From contig NC_043000.1 of assembly GCF_006345805.1 (NCBI RefSeq), forward strand, positions 434,001-498,000: a stretch of DNA of 64,000 bases, written 5' to 3'. Positions 48,811 to 62,820 of this stretch are shown here, piece after piece. Within the stretch, counting starts at the first letter, position 1, and the number at the start of each line of letters is the position of its first letter. The position numbers and the translations under genes were made by a program. Origin of the DNA: Octopus sinensis. Taxonomy: Eukaryota. The notes under the pieces were generated by a model. It saw only the letters and a program-made list of their open reading frames with translations. It searched no databases and was not told the origin of the DNA.

Positions 48811-49430
48811 AAGGCGGTGAGCTGGTAGAAACGTTAACACGCCGTGCGAAATGCTCAACGGTATTTCGTCTGCCGTTACGTTCTGAGTTCAAATTCCGCC
48901 GAAGTCGACTTTGCCTTTAATCCTTTCGTGGTCGATAAATTAAGTACCAGTTACGCCCTGGAGTCTATATAATCGACTTAATCCGTTTGTCTGTCCTTGT
49001 TTGTCCCCTCTATGTTAGCCCCTTGTGGGTAATAAAGAAATAGGTATTTCGTCTGCCGCTGCGTTCTGAGTTCAAATTCCGCCGAGGTCGACTTAGCCTT
49101 TCATCTTTACGAGGTCGATAAATTAAGTACCAGTTACGCACTGGGGTCGATATAATCGACTTAATCCGTTTGTCTGTCCTTGTTTTTCCCCTCTATGTTA
49201 GCCCCTTGTGGGTAATAAAGAAATAGGTATTTCGTCTGCCGCTACGTTCTGAGTTCAAATTCCGCCGAGGTCGACTTTGCCTTTCATCCTTTCGGGGTCG
49301 ATTAAATAAGTACCAGTTACGCACTAGAGTCTATATAATCGACTTAATCCGTCTGTCTGTCCTTGTTTGTCCACTCTGTGTTTAGGCCCTTGTGGGTAGT
49401 AATGAAATAGGTATTTCGCCCGCCGAAACA
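48811..49430 (+). mobile_element. SINE C, head plus three units
   Basis: Unit starts ggtatttcgtctgcc at ~48861, 49043, 49228; a truncated fourth starts at ~49410. Confidence 0.9.
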
Positions 49431-49721
49431 TTGATTTCGATGCAATCGACTAGTCCCCTTCCTAAAATTACAAGCCTTATGCATTTAGTGGAGGGGATTA
49501 TAACATTTGCAATGAAGGCGGCGAGCTGACAGAATCGTCAAGAACGCCGGGCAAAATATTTAGCGGCATTTCGTCCGTCTTTCAGTTTTTGTTTACGAAA
49601 ATCAGTCACAAAGCTCTGGTCACCCAGAGCCTAGAGCGGAAGACACCTGTTCAAGTTGCCATACATTGCGACTGGGTCTGGAATCATGTGGCAAGGAAAG
49701 TTCTTACCACAACCACTGTGA

Positions 49722-49781
<60 letters not shown>

Positions 49782-49981
49782 AACGTCTGCATGTGCGTGT
49801 GTGTGTGTGCATGTGTGTATGTGTGTGTGTACGTGTGTGTGCGTCTGTGTGTGCGTGCGCACGCGTTTGGTAATTAGAAAGACTTAAAACTTGTCAATAC
49901 CTCTTGATTTTACTAAACGAGTTATTGAACGAGATTGGTTTGCAACTAATTAATTACAAATTAATTAGTGAGCACTTATGT

Positions 49982-50545
49982 TATTTTTTTATTGTCCACA
50001 AGGGGCTAAAATACAAAGGGGACAAACAAGGACAGACAAACGGATTAACTCGATTACATCGACCCCTGTGCGTAACTGGTACTTATTTAATCGATCTCGA
50101 AAGGAGGAAAGGCAAAGTCGACCTCGGCGGAATTTGAACTCAGAACGTAGCGGCAGACGAGATACCTATTTCTTTACTACCCACAAGGAGCTAAACACAG
50201 AGAGGACAAACAAGGACAGACAAACGGATTAAGTCGATTACATCGACCCCAGGACGTAACTGGTACTTATTTAATCGACCCCGAAAGGATGAAAAGCAAA
50301 GTTGACCTCGGCGGAATTTGAACTCAGAAAGTAACGGCAGACGAAATACCCATTTCTTTACTGCCCACAAGGGGCTAAACACAGAGAGGACAAACAAGGA
50401 CAGACAAACGGATTAAGTCGATTATATCGAACCCAGTGCCTAATTGGTACTTAATTTATCGATCCCGAAAGGATGAAAGCCAAAGTCGACCACGGTGGAA
50501 TTTGAACTCAGAACGTAGGGGCAGATGAAATACCTATTTCATTTC
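49982..50545 (-). mobile_element. SINE C, three units, head missing
   Basis: Three ~184-bp units on minus. Confidence 0.88.
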
Positions 50546-50674
50546 CCCGAAGTACTAAAGATTCGGCCAGTCAAGGACTTATGTTGCATAAGTTGGGTAT
50601 ATGACCCAAAAAAAACTGACCCTCGTTAAATGACAGTGAGATCGTATCTGAAAGTGAACAAATACAAACCTATA

Positions 50675-51070
50675 CTCTTACTATTTTACTTGTTTCAGTC
50701 ATTTGACTGCGGCCATGCTGGAGTCGCCCTTGCCGTCGAGAAAATCTGCCCGGAACTTATTCTTTGAAGCGCCCCAGTACTTATTCTATCGTTCTCTTTT
50801 GCCGAACCGCTAGTGACGGGACGTAAACAAAACAGCATCGGTTGTCAAGCAATGCTACAGTGACAACACAGACACAAACATATACACACACACTATATAT
50901 ATATATACATATATACGACAGGGCTTCTTTCAGTTTCCGGTCTACCCATCCATCAAGGCATTGTCGACCCGGGGCGATAGCAGAAGAACACGTGCCCAGA
51001 TGCCAAGCAGGTGGGACTGAACCGGAACCATGTGGCGGTAGCAAGTTACTTACCACACTGCACTCCTGCG
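50675..51070 (-). mobile_element. SINE B with many small indels
   Basis: Recognisable family consensus, frequent 1-2 nt gaps. Confidence 0.8.
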
Positions 51071-51203
51071 GCCTATCTTAATTACTACGGGAACCTACAA
51101 AGACATCAGACATGGTTTCTGCAAATAGTTACTTCAAACGATTGTGTAGAAAGATGCATTTGCAGGAGTGATTACTGTAGTACTGAAATATCCATGTATA
51201 AAA

Positions 51204-51945
51204 GTTGGCGAGCTGGCAGGAAACGTCGGGCGACAGAAGCGGTATTATTTTGTCTGCCGTTACGTTATAGTCAAATTCCGTCGAGGTCGACTTGCCTTTC
51301 ACCTTTGGGGTCGAAAAATTAAGCACCAGTTGGCACTGGGGCCGAATTCGACTTAACCGTTGTCTGTCCTTGTTTGTCCTCTATGTTTTACCCTGTGGGT
51401 AGTAAAGAAATCGGTATTCGTCTGCGCTACGTTCTGGTTTCAATTCCGCAAGGTTCGACTTTCCAGTATCATCCTTGCAGTGATTAAATAGGCACAGTAG
51501 GCACTGGGCCGATATAATGATAATCCGTTGTCTGTCCTTGGTCCTTCTGGTTTAGCCCCTTGTGGGTAGTAATGAAATAGGTATTTTGTCTGCCGTTACG
51601 TTCTGAGTTTCAATTCCGTCGAGGTCGACTTTGCCTTTCATCCTTTCGGGGTCGATAAATTAAGCACCAGTTAGGCACTGGGGTCGATATAATCGACTTA
51701 ATCCGTTTGTCTGTCCTTGTTTGTCCTCTCTGTGTTTAGCTCCTTGTGGGTAGTAAAGAAATAGGTATTTCGTCTGCCGCTACGTTCTGAGTTTCAATTC
51801 CGCCGAGGTCGACTTTCCCTATCATCCTTTCGTGGTCGATTAAATAAATACCAGTTACGCACTGGGATCGATATAATCGACTTAATCCGTTTGTCTGTCC
51901 TTGTTTGTCTCCTCTGTGTGTAGCCCCTTGTGGGCAGTCAACAAA
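51204..51945 (+). mobile_element. SINE C, head plus four units
   Basis: Unit starts ~51241, 51412, 51580, 51765. The first two are indel-rich. Confidence 0.85.
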
Positions 51946-52965
51946 TAAGAAATATACTGGTAAGTTTCCGAAGATATTCACTTCAATTCAATATATGCTG
52001 AAGCAAAATGAAAATCTATCGCCAATCTTCAAAAATTTCCTTGGGCCATGAAACAGCAGATACGTTCCTTTACGTTAGGAGCTGAAATTATTCATTGTTA
52101 AAAAAACATTTGTGTGTCATGAGTTAGTTGGGATGCCTTAAGGAATTCTCTATTTCTGCTAGAAATAACAACCAAATCGTTTTTGAACCACATAGTAGAA
52201 TTTCTAAAGATGAATGCATTACATTATATAGTTCCGAGTACTTTTATTTCATAAACGAAATATGGAAAAAGAAAAGAACAGACTAGATAGTCTAGGCTAG
52301 ACTGAATTCATTTCATAGATGCGGCATGATCAGAGCTCACTTGGAGATGAAAGAAGAAAATGAAAAAAATATAGGTTATTTTCTGGGTGCCCTCATGTGA
52401 TCGATTCAATATATTTTCCCTGTATGAAAGTAATGTCGGATTTCTTATGACAGTATGTAAGAAATAATACTAAATACACAAGAATGTGAGATTTGTTTTA
52501 AAGTAGACCTATCCACATAAAAATTATGATTTATTTACAAAAAACCGTAAATAAATGGCAGTGACAAATGTTGAAGTAAAGGTCAAATATCAGTTGTTAT
52601 AGTAACAGATTTAAGGGATAGGTATGTAGATATTGTTACGAAGTAATTAGTCAAAAACTGTTCAAACTTGTAAATGTCACCCCAAGAGAAGGGCTTCTTA
52701 TTTTAATATGAGCACACGTGTAAGTAAGCATACATACCTTCTATTATTGAAACTGAGTGTATTTGTAAATACAGTTGTCGTTGTCATAAGTAAACATACG
52801 GTATGTATGGCAATTATAAAGTGTTTATATATACATATGTGTGTATGTACGTATGTATGTATGTATGTATGTATGTATGTATGTATGTACGTATGTATGT
52901 ATCCTTATTTATATAAATATATATATGTATATATGTAAATATCTATATCTATATATATGTATATG

Positions 52966-53022
<57 letters not shown>

Positions 53023-53492
53023 TATATGTATGTATGTATGTATGTAGTATACATACATGTATATATATCGATAGAGAGAGACAGACAGACAGAGAAAGAA
53101 AGAAATATAAAAAAGAGAGAAAGAATAGAGAGATATACAGACAGACAGAGAGACATGGATACATATATGCATATACGCATATAAGTATGTATGTGTGTAT
53201 GCATGTATGTGTGTGTTTGTATGTATATATGTATGAGAGTTAAACTAATACATTCCATGTGTACGGCCTCTTGTGTTGTTATTGATATTTTTAATGTTCG
53301 ATTATTCATTGGATATGTGATTTGACTATATACGTATTCATGTATGTATGTACGTATGTATTGTGTGTATATCTATCTTTCTATCTATCTATATGTGTGT
53401 GTGTGTGTGTGTATGTATAAGTATAGATATGTATATATGAATGTACGTACGTACGTATGTATGTTTTGCATATATGTATGTATGTATTTATG

Positions 53493-53523
<31 letters not shown>

Positions 53524-53693
53524 GTATGTATATGAGCTAACTATAAGTTTATTCAACATATTCCTCTTTCATATTTTTACACTCATTACTCTGACCCATC
53601 AGACTGTCTAAGCATTGTAATAGAATTCGTTGTGTTGGGATCTAACCAAGCCTTTCGCGCTACACTAAAAACCAGGAACTTCTCAGCACCGCT

Positions 53694-53744
<51 letters not shown>

Positions 53745-53890
53745 CACCCCACATTATATTATGGTTAATACCATAAAGCTTCTGGTGCATCTAAGCTAAG
53801 TACCGCATTCATGTGAATTCATTGGAACTCACTTGAATCTTAATTGTTTTTACTGAAATTATATATATATACATGTAGAGATAGAGAGAG

Positions 53891-53939
<49 letters not shown>

Positions 53940-54245
53940 CTGATGAATATGGTACTTAAGTTGAGGCACCAGAATTTAACACGGTATTATCCATGCAATT
54001 TCAAAGTAAGGTGATTAAAATCAAAATAAATAACAATGATATCCAGTGGTAATGCAGTACAATCGTTTCATGCAAATCCATTTAGTTGAACAGTGCAATC
54101 ATTACAAAAATTTAAAATGCAGAGCAATGTTCAGTTACACAAAGACATATAATTTAATTAAATTAGAACACATGGACACATTAGTATAATTATACCTAAA
54201 AAAAAACCCCCAAAAGTTAAGGAGGGATATCCTTGTTGCTTATTT

Positions 54246-54283
<38 letters not shown>

Positions 54284-54284
<1 letters not shown>

Positions 54285-54483
54285 ATAAAATGAGATAATC
54301 ACATATTTTATTTTATATTTTATATTTCTATTTCCTTGTCTATTTATATTTACTATATATTTTGTATAATGCCTTTACTGATATGTAATGGTGTAATAAA
54401 GTATTGATTGGGTATCATCTGTTAGTTGATGTTTTATTGATTTAAGTATGTTTCTCCATTTTCTAATTTTGTATATATATATG

Positions 54484-54518
<35 letters not shown>

Positions 54519-54783
54519 ATATATATATTTATATATAAAATGAGATAGGGGTTGTATATCTGCTTTATAGGGCTAATAGGTTAAATGGACATACCTGTCT
54601 TCACGGCCGAAACAGCTGTCAGCTACAATGTAATTGTATATTCTATTTCTTTTCTATGTCTAGTTATATTTGTAATATATTATGTATAATGTCATTGCTG
54701 TTGTGTAATGGTTTAATAAAGTATTGATTGGGTATTATCTGATGGTTGATGATTGATTTAGGTATGTTTCTCCATTCTCATTT

Positions 54784-54790
<7 letters not shown>
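54284..54790 (+). repeat. Imperfect tandem duplication between (TA)n tracts; the second copy carries a hammerhead 3' half
   Basis: 54284-54478 vs 54534-54790 share tataaaatgagata...gtaatgg.ttaataaagtattgattgggtat...gtatgtttctccatt. GGCC-GAAAC-AGCT-GTC at 54605-54620. Confidence 0.7.
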
Positions 54791-54826
<36 letters not shown>

Positions 54827-55179
54827 TTATTTTATGTTATATAATACATATAAAGGTAAGTAGAGTTAGCGGTTGGAATAACCGTGAAAGGGATATGAAT
54901 TTGCGTTCTTACTACCTGTATCATTTACCTATGTTATCTCTAGGCATGGGTATGCAAGCATACTATGCTCATAGGGTACAGGTAATAAGAGAATAAACAA
55001 AATTTTATCAGGAATCAAATTAAAATAAGCAGACAAACAAATTGACCAACATCGGTTAATTATTTTTTAATACAAAACATGACATAGCATTTCTTACGGC
55101 CGTTTCGGCTGCTATATCAGTGGGTGCTTACAAGGAAAATTCAGAAAATAATATGTATGTGTACATCTATATATATATA

Positions 55180-55217
<38 letters not shown>

Positions 55218-55227
55218 ACATATATAT

Positions 55228-55742
55228 ATATTGTTGTATTTTGGAATGGTCATTTTGCCAGTTTAGCCAATAAAAACACACACACTATATAAAAAAATCT
55301 TCGAAACGGTTCGAAAAGGTTCGAAACGTAAAAGACATTTTCTATTCCTGAGCGTTATACTAATACATCTGTTTGTTTTGTACGCCACCTGTCTTCGTCT
55401 TTTGTTTTTCTCATAAACTCTCCCTGTATATATATGTATGTATGAATGTGTGTATGTGTGTATGTATGTATGTATGTATGTATGTATGTATGTGTGTAAT
55501 GTATGTATGTATGTATGTATGTATGTATGTATGTATGTATGTATTTGTCTGCATGTGTTTGTCCCCCAGCATCGCTTGACAACTGATGTTAGTGTGTTTA
55601 CGTCGCCGTGATTTAGCGTTTCGGTTCAAGAGACCTATAGAATAAGTACTAGGCTTAAGTCCTGGGGTTGATCTGTTTGACTAAAGGCGGTGCTCCGCAT
55701 GGCCGCACTCAAATATCTGGAACAAGTAAAAGAATAAAAGAA
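55228..55742 (+). mobile_element. Pseudo-LTR-like fragments (55228-55420, includes H1) followed by SINE B 3' half (55545-55742)
   Basis: 55228-55300 matches 56961-57030. 55320-55420 is the reverse complement of 38908-39010. Confidence 0.7.
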
Positions 55743-55781
55743 TATATATGTATATATTATATATGTATATATTATATATTA

Positions 55782-55823
<42 letters not shown>

Positions 55824-56652
55824 TATATATATACATATGCATGTATGAATGGGTGTGTGTGTGTGATAGTGTGTAACTTGTGTATGTCTGTGTGTCTGTG
55901 TGTACACCAGAGAGTGAGAGGGAGGAAAAAGCGTACTAGAATGTAGGTAATGCGATACACATTAGTACTTCGTCAGCGTTTGTTATAAAACGAGGTAGCG
56001 TTGTTTGACTATCTATGTTTATAGCATCTGGTGTTTGTCTTCTGTGACTTTAATGATTTCTTTCGTCAGCGATTAATTCCTCTCGAATATATGATGATAT
56101 GGGAACACAGTAAATACACACGGATACGCACATGCACGCACACACACAGATACATACATACATGTACACACACACACACGCGCGCGCGCGCGCGCGGACA
56201 AATATACACACAAACCATCTCAGGTAGGTAAATAGACAGATAGATCGATCGATCAACCGATAGATACATAGATAGATAAATAGGGAGATAGAGAGATAGA
56301 GAGATAGACAGACAGACATTTATATAGATAGATAGATAGATAGATAGATAGATCATTCATAAATGCCTGTATATATATATATATATATATGATTCTGATA
56401 GATGTATGAAGGTTACAAATGTATGTCGGAACGTTCATACTTTAAAAGTGCATCCAATATGCTGGCGAATTCTGTGTGTGTATGTATGTATGTGTGTGTG
56501 TGTGTGCGTGTTTGTGAATCCTTATATGTAGCTGTATGTATGTATAAACATATATACATATATATATGTGTGTATCCATATATATATATATGTTTGTGTG
56601 TGTGTATGTATATATATATATATATATACCAGTGAGTGATATGTGGTGTGTG

Positions 56653-56697
<45 letters not shown>

Positions 56698-56831
56698 TAC
56701 ATATACACATATATGCATATATATGCCATGCTGGATCCTTAGCTCCTACACGCATTTTTTTCTCTCCTTGTTTCTCTCCTTGTTCTTTTCCGTGTATCTA
56801 TCTATCTATATATATTATATTTATATATATA

Positions 56832-56924
<93 letters not shown>

Positions 56925-56958
56925 GTATATATATGTATGTATATATATATATATATAT

Positions 56959-57226
56959 ATATTGTTATATTTCGGAATGGTCATATTGCCAGTTTACCCA
57001 ATAAAAACACACGCACTATATATTTGCTGTTATTTTGCTTCAGTGTTATTTATTTTTTACATTAATCTTAATCTTATTTCGGCCAGAGTTCTTTCGTCAC
57101 ACTCCTGTGACCGCATCAGTGGTCCTTTGTTTTCTTCTTTCTTATTTATGACCATTCCGAAATATAACAATATCTGTTTCAACACACGACTTCACATAAA
57201 AAATCTGCACAACAAATATTTAAACG

Positions 57227-57230
<4 letters not shown>
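56959..57230. mobile_element. (TA)n-embedded element with 27-bp perfect inverted repeats enclosing a hammerhead-like motif
   Basis: atattgttatatttcggaatggtcata (56959-56985) / tatgaccattccgaaatataacaatat (57147-57173). Minus ggacca-CTGATGC-G-GTCAC-aggagt-GTGAC-GAAAG-AA-CTC^tggcc at 57081-57125. Confidence 0.7.
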
Positions 57231-57304
<74 letters not shown>

Positions 57305-57655
57305 TATATAAATTAAAATAATAAGGATGAAAAATTTAGTATTAATTTGATTAAATATCAATTTAAAACCAGTGGCGTAACATATTGAAAAATCTGAAGA
57401 TTCAGAAAAATTATATTATATACATATAAGAGGGATGATCAATAAGTGGACATCCATTATGCTAGAGGTAGACCCAATCTGGTCTGGCCACTAAGAAAAG
57501 ATTGTCCTTAAGAAAATCATCTTTTCATTTGTCTTGCTCGCTTACGTTCTGGCGGTTGCTGAATTTTCTTGAGAACAATATTTTCTTTGTGGTTAGACCA
57601 TATGGAGTCTACCTCTAGCATAATGGATGTCCACTTAGTGTTCATCCCACTTATA

Positions 57656-57696
<41 letters not shown>

Positions 57697-57890
57697 CTGC
57701 ATGTGAATCGTTGGCGATTTTCTTTCTCCGTCTTCCCTTCCTTGAACTGTCCTTTTTCTACGTTTCTGACAAAGAGCTCCGCTCGAAACGTTAAATTCTC
57801 CTTCATTCTTTCCTTTCCTGAGCGTCCAATAACACTATACTTGTTCACGTCCTCGCGTTGTTTTTTCTTTGTTCATGTTTGGATTAACTA
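57697..57890 (+). mobile_element. H1 element (subfamily b) in (TA)n
   Basis: ttt-CTGACAA-A-GAGC-TCC-GCTC-GAAAC-GTT^aaa at 57763-57795. Reverse complement of 61597-61800. Confidence 0.6.
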
Positions 57891-57908
57891 TATATATATA
57901 TAATATAT

Positions 57909-57965
<57 letters not shown>

Positions 57966-58426
57966 GTATGTATGTATGTATGTATGATGTATGTATGTAG
58001 TATGTATGTATGTACACATGCGTGGGCATGTATGTATACAGACAGTATATATGTACATATTCATATCTAAGTCTAAATACATATTTACAAACATGAGCAG
58101 TTATGTGTGATTGAAAAGTTTCGTGTTTCGTCTGTGATATTAACCTGAAATAAACAACAGCAGGCGATATTCTTCAAGTTAATGACAAGCTGACCCACCT
58201 TTTGCGACCCTTGGCTGCTATTTTTAACTGTAAAGAATCTTACAGCATTAATACAATATGTAACATGATCAGGAACATCATTATCTTTCATATAAAAATA
58301 CCAATTAGTGCATTTCTTGTAAGGAAATGTTTATAAATAAAAGGCAGTATGGGTAGCTATAAAAGCAAAAAACAAAAATAATAGTAAAATAGACCAACTT
58401 TAAAAACAATTAAGATATAGCCTCTA

Positions 58427-58491
58427 CTATAGCCTCGGGCCGACAAAGCCTTGTGAGTGGATTTGGTAGACGGAAACTGAAAGAAGCCCGT

Positions 58492-58538
<47 letters not shown>

Positions 58539-58742
58539 GTGTGTGTATATGTTTGCGTGTCTGTGTTTGTCCCCCAACATCGCTTGACAACCGATGCTGG
58601 TGTGTTTACGTCCCGTAACTTAGCGGTTCAGCAAAAGAGACTGATAGAATAAGTACTAGACTTACATAGAAGAAGTCCCGGGGTCGGTTTGCTCGACTAA
58701 AGGCGGTGCTCCAGCATGGCCGCAGTCAAATGACTGAAACAC
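58427..58742 (+). mobile_element. SINE B, 5'-truncated
   Basis: From tctactatagcctcgggccgac to gactgaaac. Confidence 0.88.
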
Positions 58743-60307
58743 ACACACATGCACTTAAACATTAATGATGTACACAAATACATGACAGGTATACATAATA
58801 CTGAAATACGCATAAAGTAAACACATGCAGACAAATATTTTAATGTAAAAATTTTTAAATAAACAATAAAACCACAATATCAATGAAGATACAAAAGTAA
58901 CAGTAAGATGAACAGGTCAGACGCTAAACTATAAATTTCACAGGGTACAACCTTAAAGTTGACACCACTCCGCTAAACGCAGAAAATTTCTGTCTCATTA
59001 TTGGCTAAAAATACACAGTTTTTTTCGATTTTTAAACCTCTGTAACTTTTTTCTCCAATTTTTTCTCCACAACATCATAACTTCAAAGCAATAAGACTGG
59101 AAGGCTACATTATTATAGCCAATTTCCAGATTTTTTTTTCTTTCTTTTAAAAATGCATATTTTGCGAATGAAAAAAAGTAGATGCGCTAAGTCTCCCTAA
59201 AATTACGCACACATACACCTTACTGTTTTAGAAAACTGAAAACATTTGATCATGTGATTTTGGGGTTCGTTATGGAGGAAATTATAGTTGGTTATGTCTT
59301 GAAGGACTTGTGGTAACTTAATCAGAGCTAACGTGCGGCTAGAGAACAACAACTTCCACAACAAAAACAACAATTATGGTAACAAAAACGGTGACACGAC
59401 AACAACCATCACTGCAAGTCAATGAAGGTGCCTCTATCCAGTTGCTCAATCAGGTCGAAATAGAAACCAAATCTCTCGTAAATCACTTCTTAACTGCTTG
59501 GGAATACGAATCTAACGGATAATGTAAACAGTAGGATCATAGGTAGAAAGTGTTGATTAGTGTCGGCAAATAGTCAGTACAAACATTTCAAAAGCGCAAT
59601 AAATTGTTTTGAGGGTGAAGAAGAGGACATGTCATACTTCCGTGTGGGACATTTCGATGTACAGTTTATATTAAAAGCTTTCTGATGGCACTGAATAAAT
59701 AAGGAATAATCTCTGTATATATGGTGCATGTGTGTTTGTGTGTAAGTGTGTGTGAGAAAGAGAGAGAGAGAGAAAGAGGGAGAAAGAGAGAGAAAGAAGG
59801 AAGGAATGAGAGAGAGAGTGAGAAAAGGAGGACAGAGAGATCGAGGAAAGATTAACGAAGGTGAGAGGGAGGTCAAAACAACACGACATGTGGTGGTGGT
59901 AGTGGAACAGCGGTCGCAAGTGGGAAAGGAGGGAATTACGCAGAAACGATGATAAATTATGATAATAGTAATAATAGTAATGACGATGATGATGATGATG
60001 ATGATAATAAAGAGGAAGAAGATATTTCATTTAAACGATGAGGAGACAATGGTATGAACAGGAAACAAAGGCTGTAATAAGGAATAAGGATTACAGAATC
60101 TTATGAGCACAGGATGAAACAGGTGGAACGGAAAGTCGCCGAAGAGGTCGCAGGATGTGTGACGGAAGATTTTCAGACAAAGGACATAAAATATGAACAA
60201 TAATAAATCTGAAGTGAAGAACTAATATATAGTGCGTATTTATTAAGCACAAAAGGCAAAAACAAAAAAAAAACATCACCATCTTGAAATATAACACTGT
60301 TTCAACT

Positions 60308-60724
60308 AAGGCGGCGAGCTGGCAGAAACGTTAGCACGCCGGGCAAAATGCCTAGCGGTATTTCGTCTGTCGTTACGTTGTGAGTTCAAATTCCGCCGAG
60401 GTCAACTTTGCCTTTCATCCTTTCGGGGTCGATAAATTAAGTACCAGTTACGCTCTGGGGTCGATATAATCGACTTAATACCTATGTCTGTCCTTGTTTG
60501 TCCCCTCTATGTTTAGCCCCTTGTGGGTAATAAAGAAATAGGTATTTCGTCTGCTGTTACGTTCTGAGTTCAAATTCCGCCGAGGTCGACTTTGCCTTTC
60601 ATCCTTTCAGGGTCGATAAATTAAGTACCAGTTACGCACTGAGGTCGATGTAGTCGACTTAATCCCTTTGTCTGTCCTTGTTTGTCCCCTCTTTGTTTAG
60701 TCCCTTGTGGGCAATAAAGAAATA
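60308..60724 (+). mobile_element. SINE C, head plus two units
   Basis: Family consensus. Confidence 0.9.
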
Positions 60725-61095
60725 ACTATCTGTTTCAACACATGATTTCACATCAGGAAACTTGCAAGACAAATACATAAACATAAATTTTATGAGCCGT
60801 CCCCTTTAGTCGAAGCTATTGGAGCAACGACTAAAAGGAGAAAAATTAATTTGATCAGAAAATAATTAGTTGATCATTCATTATGAGACAACGAAGAGAG
60901 ACAGAATGAGCTTTCGAATACGAAATAAATAAATGAAAGTTTAAACAGAACGACTCCAGTTGCTAATGAGACTGCGAGTCGGATAGTTTAGAAAGTAAAT
61001 TATATGAAGGTGAACAACAGTTGAAATGATAACGGGTTCCTAGCAATGTGTGTGTTTATGTGTGTGTGTGTCCGTGTGAGTGTGTATAACCTACC

Positions 61096-61315
61096 CAGCA
61101 ATCACTCTCCATATCGCAGCTCACCTATCGCGGTTTATTATCTAAGCTTACGTCGATTCCCCCATAGTGTTGTTTTGCATTTATAATAAAATAAATATAT
61201 ACAAATTATAAAAATTAAAAAAATATATGCAGTACAGTACTGTTTCTACTTCGCGGATTTTCAATTATCACGGGGGTTTTGGAACGTAACGCCCGCGATA
61301 GACGAAAGATTACTG
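61096..61315. mobile_element. Tigger/pogo-type MITE (~220 bp)
   Basis: Imperfect TIRs cagcaatcactctccatatcgc / gcgatagacgaaagattactg|TA. Confidence 0.55.
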
Positions 61316-61551
61316 TATGATAATTTTTTAAACAGGGCTAATTCAGGTATTCATCTACAGACTGAAAGAATTATGAACAAACAACCTAAATCAATTTTTG
61401 AATCTTATTGGATTCTCAACAGAAAGCATCTACGTGAATTTGAGTAATCCCAGAGAAACAAACTGCCAATCTGTTTATATACTGAACAGTATGCATGCAT
61501 ATGTGTATGTATGTATGTAGGTATGTATGTATGTATGTATGTATGTATGTA

Positions 61552-61596
<45 letters not shown>

Positions 61597-61601
<5 letters not shown>

Positions 61602-61925
61602 ATCCAAACAAGAAAGCACAAAAAAACACAACAACGCGAGGACGTGGAACAAATATAGTATTATTGGATGCTCAGGAAAGAAGGAAAGAAGGAGGGTTTA
61701 ACGTTTCGAGCGGAGCTCTTCGTTGGAAACATAGGAGAAGGAAAGATCCAGAGAAGGGAAGACAGAGGAAAAAGAATCGCCAACGGTACACACGAGGTCA
61801 CATATATATATATTGACTGCTAACTCTAAAAGTTTGTATTCTCTCTCCGTTTATTTCATCGTGTTCCTTTCTGTTAAAGAGCGTGGGCTCGAAACGCAAA
61901 AGACTTTCTCACCTTCCTAAACGTG
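61597..61925. mobile_element. Two H1 elements in opposite orientation (61597-61800 minus; 61835-61925 plus)
   Basis: Motifs gttt-CCAACGA-A-GAGC-TCC-GCTC-GAAAC-GTT^aaac (61696-61730, minus) and cttt-CTGTTAA-A-GAGC-GTGG-GCTC-GAAAC-GCA-aaag (61867-61904). Confidence 0.6.
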
Positions 61926-62775
61926 AGAAAGCCACCTAACTCTAGATCAATGAAATTTTACAAACGCTAGTTGCTGACGTCACTTAATTCTAGATCAATG
62001 AAATTTTACCTCCCATAAAAACTGAAAATACAACAAAATGACCCTTTAAGAGAATCAACCAGCTTGAACGGCTGATGACCGTTCTTCACATGGAAGCCAG
62101 CCTGGCAGAACGACAAACTTGACCACTAGAAAATAATGACGTCGCCAGTACTTTAATGAATTAAAAATCATATCCGTTTGCGGATAAAATTATAAATACG
62201 CCGGATTGCAAAAGAACTCTGTTGTAATCAAAAGTTCTTGCTCACGACAGAAAAGAAATCACAGAAAGAATCACAGAAACTGTAAACCAAATCCTTTTTT
62301 CACTATCTTCGTTTCTCCCTTGTTTTTCTCCCTCTTAATCCAGTATGACTGAAAGTTAGATAATATTCATTTCTAGTGGGCCACTAATAACACTATTGAA
62401 ATTTGTACATTTACACGAGTTGATCAACAGTTTTTATATTATTGACTTATGAACATTTAAACTTGTCAACATTGAATCTTTTAAACATGTTTTTCTAATT
62501 CATAATTCTAAATTGTTACCATTGATAAACAAGAAATATTGTGGAAACTAGTTTGGTATATATGTAAATAAATTTATCTTAAAACAATTACAAGTTTTTA
62601 AAATTTAGGTGCATTTTCAACAACAAATTTTCCTCGAGAATTACCCAACAGATTTCTTTCAAATTTTATACATGCCTTACTTAGGGTCCATGCAGTGTCA
62701 TGGACCCAAAATATATTCAACTTCTTGCCTAATGCGTGCCCGGAGCAATCTCTTATCTCTTACACTATGTATATA

Positions 62776-62820
<45 letters not shown>

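Noticed and set aside
50675-51560. Apparently divergent SINE B/C subfamilies
   Set aside because: Differences are mostly scattered 1-nt indels that stop abruptly within one array, more consistent with lower-quality sequence than with biology.
62066-62125. CTGATGA followed by a CGTTCT/AGAACG stem as a hammerhead or C/D snoRNA
   Set aside because: GAAA is replaced by ACAAA, there is no NUH or stem I, and no paired D box with terminal stem.
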